Shown piece by piece: positions 28,874 to 32,000 of a DNA stretch of 32,000 bases. Origin of the DNA: Pseudidiomarina andamanensis (GTDB lineage Bacteria; Pseudomonadota; Gammaproteobacteria; Enterobacterales; Alteromonadaceae). Numbering within the stretch: the stretch's first letter is position 1; each line of letters opens with the position of its first letter. The position numbers and the translations under genes are program-made. The DNA lies in NCBI RefSeq assembly GCF_009734345.1, contig NZ_CP032551.1, positions 750,001 to 782,000 on the forward strand. Direction: 5' to 3'. A model generated the notes under the pieces. It was not told the origin of the DNA and ran no database searches. It saw only the letters and a program-made list of their open reading frames with translations.

Positions 28874-29848
28874 CTAAATCATGCTTTGCTGGACCGGACT
28901 TGGCGCCATGACGACAGCACTTGAACAAAGAATTTTTGGAAGTGCTGTTGCACTGCTTTCTTCACTAAAAACCACAATGCTAGGCTCTTCTGAAATAAGT
29001 TGCCTATTTAAATCAAACATTGGGTTGTTTAAGTGCTGCTTTTCATCGTAGATAACTGCCCTAGGTATTGAATAATCTTTGGCGTAACCCATTGCTAATC
29101 TGGAACCGCTATCATTTCCTATATCGTTCTTGGCGTAACTAGCAGACAATACGATTGAATTGCTAAAAAGGGCCTGTAATCTATCTCGCTCTTGATACCT
29201 GCCACTTAGCTGCATTTTGGATTTTGGCGCGGTAAGATATTCAGAAATTAATAATCCACCACTTGCGACAATATCCTTGGCCAAATCTTTGTTCTTGGCT
29301 GGCATAATATCGTTTAGCGGGCTTGGGAGGATTGCAATTGTCTTTCCCTTGGAATCTAAAGCTTGCAGATGAGCAATGGAGTCACAACCCAACGCCAGAC
29401 CACTAACTATTACAGCGCCATTGGCCACCAAGTTAGCAACAAGTTTCCGTTCTATCGCTTCTATCTCTTGGGTGGGATTCAGTAATCCTATTACTGCAAT
29501 ATTGTTACTTTCAGTGGATAGCAGCGAAAGATCGCCTTTATAAAATAGAAAAATCGGGCGTTCACTATTTTTCACGGAGCCGCGATGTGCGGGGAAATCA
29601 TCATCTCCAATAGCGACAACGCCATCAACTGCACCCACTGACTCGGAAAGTATTCTTCGCAACATCGACTTTTTCTTGTTGAAGTCCTCAATGGTGATTG
29701 TGCCCTCTGACTTAGAGGATTCGTTTAATAGCTTAACGATAGCTTCTTCGGGCTTTGGGGTTGAAAGATTCTTAACAATCCAAGCCCGTCCAATACCTTT
29801 ATAAATTCTGGCAGCCATGACATTGATGGCGTTCTCGCTACATTTCAT
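28874..29848 (-). CDS. DprA/Smf-like (SLOG superfamily) Rossmann-fold protein
   Basis: DprA-type motifs VSGLALGCDSIAH, GGLLISEY and RYQERDRLQALFS. It is not in the usual housekeeping dprA neighbourhood. Confidence 0.8.
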   Translation of the reverse strand: MKCSENAINVMAARIYKGIGRAWIVKNLSTPKPEEAIVKLLNESSKSEGTITIEDFNKKKSMLRRILSESVGAVDGVVAIGDDDFPAHRGSVKNSERPIFLFYKGDLSLLSTESNNIAVIGLLNPTQEIEAIERKLVANLVANGAVIVSGLALGCDSIAHLQALDSKGKTIAILPSPLNDIMPAKNKDLAKDIVASGGLLISEYLTAPKSKMQLSGRYQERDRLQALFSNSIVLSASYAKNDIGNDSGSRLAMGYAKDYSIPRAVIYDEKQHLNNPMFDLNRQLISEEPSIVVFSEESSATALPKILCSSAVVMAPSPVQQSMI

Positions 29849-29864
29849 ATCAGTTTCCCATTCC

Positions 29865-30488
29865 TCAGAATCTTTTTGGCGTGTTTCCGATCGCGTAGAA
29901 CACTACCGACCTAGCCCCGTTATCAAACAAAGCTTGCACCATATCTTCATCAATGTTCACCGTTTTTGTGTATATGTCATCGACTAGTAAGATGTCGCGC
30001 CCCCTGATATGCGCTGAGAAATTGCAGGTATCTGAAGCGATGCCCGGATAGGGCATTCGACCATCGTTCTCGAATCCATCAACAGGGTTTCGCAGGTGGG
30101 TAGTTCGGGTGTTCGTATGCCGGATAATAAAATCCGATCCATCTGCAAATCCGGGGGTTGAACGAGCATATGCCCCGACCGTTGCCTTAAACAATAACTG
30201 GTCTGGACGATAAGAAGCTTCTGCCTTGGCTCTTGGGACGACGCAAACCGTCAAGGTGCTTGCCTCGACCTGCTTGATAATTTCCGGGAAATCTATACCG
30301 AGAACCGTATTCAGATCGTTGATCGCGTATCTGATATTTTGTTGGCTCCAATTGTGATGGGGATCATTCTTGAGTTTGTACAGGAAATCCGGATTTCCTG
30401 GTTGACCCGCTCCATGAAAGTCGGCATGAAAATAGCCTGGCACATTTCGGTTCAAGAACTGGTTTGCTTCCATTATGAATTTGTTCAT
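29865..30488 (-). CDS. Phosphoribosyltransferase-fold protein (ComF-like)
   Basis: PRPP-loop-like RDILLVDDIYTKT near the C-terminus. Start overlaps the HAD stop (ATGA). Confidence 0.75.
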   Translation of the reverse strand: MNKFIMEANQFLNRNVPGYFHADFHGAGQPGNPDFLYKLKNDPHHNWSQQNIRYAINDLNTVLGIDFPEIIKQVEASTLTVCVVPRAKAEASYRPDQLLFKATVGAYARSTPGFADGSDFIIRHTNTRTTHLRNPVDGFENDGRMPYPGIASDTCNFSAHIRGRDILLVDDIYTKTVNIDEDMVQALFDNGARSVVFYAIGNTPKRF

Positions 30489-31084
30489 CTTGTAATCCTG
30501 CGTACATCTATTATCTGATCAATTCCAATGCCGCAAGCAATAGCTGACTCAATGGCCTTTTCATCATTCTCAAACACCAACATGGACATGCTTCCTTTCG
30601 GAAGTTCAGCCATCAATTGCACGTACTTATCTCTTTGAGATTCAGCGTCTCTATAGATCTTCCGTGTGAACTTCTCGATAAGTCCGTGATGGTTGAGTAA
30701 CATTTCCGCTCGACATCTGCGACTATTTGTGGCCAAAACAACTTCTTTCTCTTGGACGCGTGCAACTATTTCAATTAGTCGCGGGATGGCCTTTGTTTCT
30801 GAAAGATATTTATGATATGAGCGCTCTTTAAGTAAGGCAATCTCTTCAATTTGTTTGTCAGTGATGCCCGGAATAATTTCTTCAAGTACTTCTCGCGTTA
30901 TTCTGGTGCCCGGAGTGAAATCAATTTCTATTTGTGTAGATAGAACGAACATCACAGCATCTTTATACGCCAAAAAGTTGGCGTGATCGGAATCCACCAA
31001 GGTTCCGTCCAAATCAAATACGATAACTTCCGCTCGCTCAGCTTTGGCCAGCCATTCTTCACGTGCTTGATTTCCGTCAACCAT
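30485..31084 (-). CDS. HAD-superfamily hydrolase (phosphatase-like)
   Basis: Motif I VFDLDGTLVDS, motif II VLATNS, and a cap domain between them. ATG at 31084 has GAGG at good spacing. The track start at 31102 lies inside the attC core GTTATGC. Confidence 0.85.
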   Translation of the reverse strand: MVDGNQAREEWLAKAERAEVIVFDLDGTLVDSDHANFLAYKDAVMFVLSTQIEIDFTPGTRITREVLEEIIPGITDKQIEEIALLKERSYHKYLSETKAIPRLIEIVARVQEKEVVLATNSRRCRAEMLLNHHGLIEKFTRKIYRDAESQRDKYVQLMAELPKGSMSMLVFENDEKAIESAIACGIGIDQIIDVRRITR

Positions 31085-31098
31085 GCTCCGCCTCATTC

Positions 31099-31198
31099 GC
31101 ATAACGCCGTTGTAACCGGCAAAAAATTGTTGGCTAAAATGTGAAGCGAAGCGTAACAGCCAACAAGTTTTTTGTCCGCGTTGACAACTTTGTTAGGC
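31099..31198 (-). repeat. attC recombination site (100 bp)
   Basis: On the minus strand GCCTAAC (a perfect RYYYAAC) starts 1 nt after the TAG stop. The far end reads GTTATGC. The L arms GTTGTCAACGCGGAC / GCCGGTTACAAC pair with three bulges on the 5' arm, and an extended 15-bp stem carries an about 20-nt loop. Confidence 0.75.
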
Positions 31199-31199
31199 T

Positions 31200-32000
31200 C
31201 TACATTTCGTATAAGCTCAAACCCATTGAAGCACCTATAGCGTACCAAACTCTCTGCCAGAGAACACGCTCAAGGTCATAACCAATGAATGATGTTTCCT
31301 CATTACCATGCCTAAGTAATTTCCCATTGGACAAGTATTTGAAATTAAAGGTTCCCAGTTGCTTATCACTTAGCTGTTCAGGAAGGACAGCACGAAGAGG
31401 TTTAAGATAAACAGGATCATCAGCAACTAAAATAAACTCATCAAATAAGTGCGAAAAACTTTCCATATGGTTACCTAACTCGAGTGTATACCATTCTTCA
31501 GAAACGGTATTTATCCTAATTTCACCTTTTTCATAATCCTTCGTTGAACCGTCAAGATGCTTTATCTCATGCCCATCTTCTGGTGGGTGGAAGACAAACG
31601 CAGTGATAAATGATTTTTCATGAAGCCACTCTATGGCATGAGGGATAAATTCATCAATTTCAACAGGCTTTAATAATCGATTTGGATGAAGCTCTTTAAA
31701 GAAACGTAAGGCCTTAGCTGTTTCTCTATAAAGAAAAGGATAGTCGATGTACATTACACGGTACTTAGCTGGTGCTCTTTGCATTCGTTCTTTGTATATT
31801 TCTCTAACTTCAGCAACGCATGATTTAGGGTTTCGGTTTATCTCTCGCCCTGTGAACCTTATAACGGCGTATCCAGCTCTTGAAAGGTAACGCTGCCGTA
31901 TGGCGTCTTTTTCTAACTGCTCTTTCGTTGAATGATAGTCATGCCCATCTAACTCAACTATTAGTCGAGCATCTTTCAATATAAAATCAACACGGAATCG
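31200..32000 (-). CDS. DUF559 (Vsr/restriction-endonuclease-like) domain fused to an unknown about 170-aa C-terminal domain; 5' end outside window
   Basis: The frame is open to the right edge (RFRVDFILKDARLIVELDGHDYH...GYAVIRF). The track start at 31979 (TTG) is internal to the domain. Confidence 0.7.
   Translation of the reverse strand, partial: RFRVDFILKDARLIVELDGHDYHSTKEQLEKDAIRQRYLSRAGYAVIRFTGREINRNPKSCVAEVREIYKERMQRAPAKYRVMYIDYPFLYRETAKALRFFKELHPNRLLKPVEIDEFIPHAIEWLHEKSFITAFVFHPPEDGHEIKHLDGSTKDYEKGEIRINTVSEEWYTLELGNHMESFSHLFDEFILVADDPVYLKPLRAVLPEQLSDKQLGTFNFKYLSNGKLLRHGNEETSFIGYDLERVLWQRVWYAIGASMGLSLYEM

Larger units (their letters stand above)
27901..32000 (-). mobile_element. Integron-type gene cassette array (distal part); integrase not in window
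   Basis: attC-like sites directly follow three consecutive minus-strand stop codons. The region is AT-richer, with unrelated accessory genes all on one strand. Confidence 0.7.

Noticed and set aside
27901-31198. Repeated palindromic elements as a CRISPR array or REP elements
   Set aside because: Spacing is kilobase-scale with genes in between, and the repeats differ in length (72-100 bp) and sequence. Their RYYYAAC/GTTRRRY ends and bulged arms fit attC sites, not CRISPR repeats.

Overview
The window is a chromosomal segment of a gammaproteobacterium. Gene content looks marine, Alteromonadales- or Vibrionales-like, but that is inference only.

**Core genome (about 1-27.6 kb)**
- A tightly packed 10-gene minus-strand operon runs from 466 to 8896: ybgA, phrB, NTF2-like, SDR, FAD-oxidoreductase, DUF1365, cfa-like methyltransferase, DUF2878, chalcone-isomerase-like and DUF3833.
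- It lies divergent from a LON-N-domain gene and an ECF sigma / ChrR anti-sigma pair (9034-11028). This is the layout of the singlet-oxygen (photo-oxidative) stress regulon.
- The conserved thrS-infC-rpmI-rplT-pheS-pheT-ihfA block occupies 11084-18030. infC starts at an AUU codon.
- Other genes: a DMT transporter, a CPXCG zinc-ribbon protein, riboflavin synthase and a lipoprotein.
- A secreted His-rich protein, a MoxR ATPase and a VWA protein form an operon behind a Fur-box-like site.
- Further right are an NsrR-like Rrf2 regulator, two small membrane proteins, a short orphan cytochrome P450, tRNA-Val(GAC) and a second, divergent photolyase/cryptochrome gene.

**Integron-type cassette array (about 27.9-32.0 kb)**
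- This stretch is more AT-rich and lies on the minus strand. Imperfect-palindrome attC-like sites (RYYYAAC ... GTTRRRY) sit directly after stop codons.
- No integrase is in the window. It would be expected beyond the right edge, or the array is an integrase-less attC cluster.
- Cassettes seen:
  - a DUF559-nuclease fusion protein (partial);
  - an unusual three-gene cassette of HAD hydrolase, ComF-like phosphoribosyltransferase and DprA/SLOG-like protein;
  - a single-gene cassette for a protein with an RNxxxH (HEPN-like) motif.
- The three-gene cassette is the best candidate for an undescribed or poorly described nucleotide-centred conflict (anti-phage) system.

No CRISPR array, rRNA gene, transposase or integrase gene was seen in the window.
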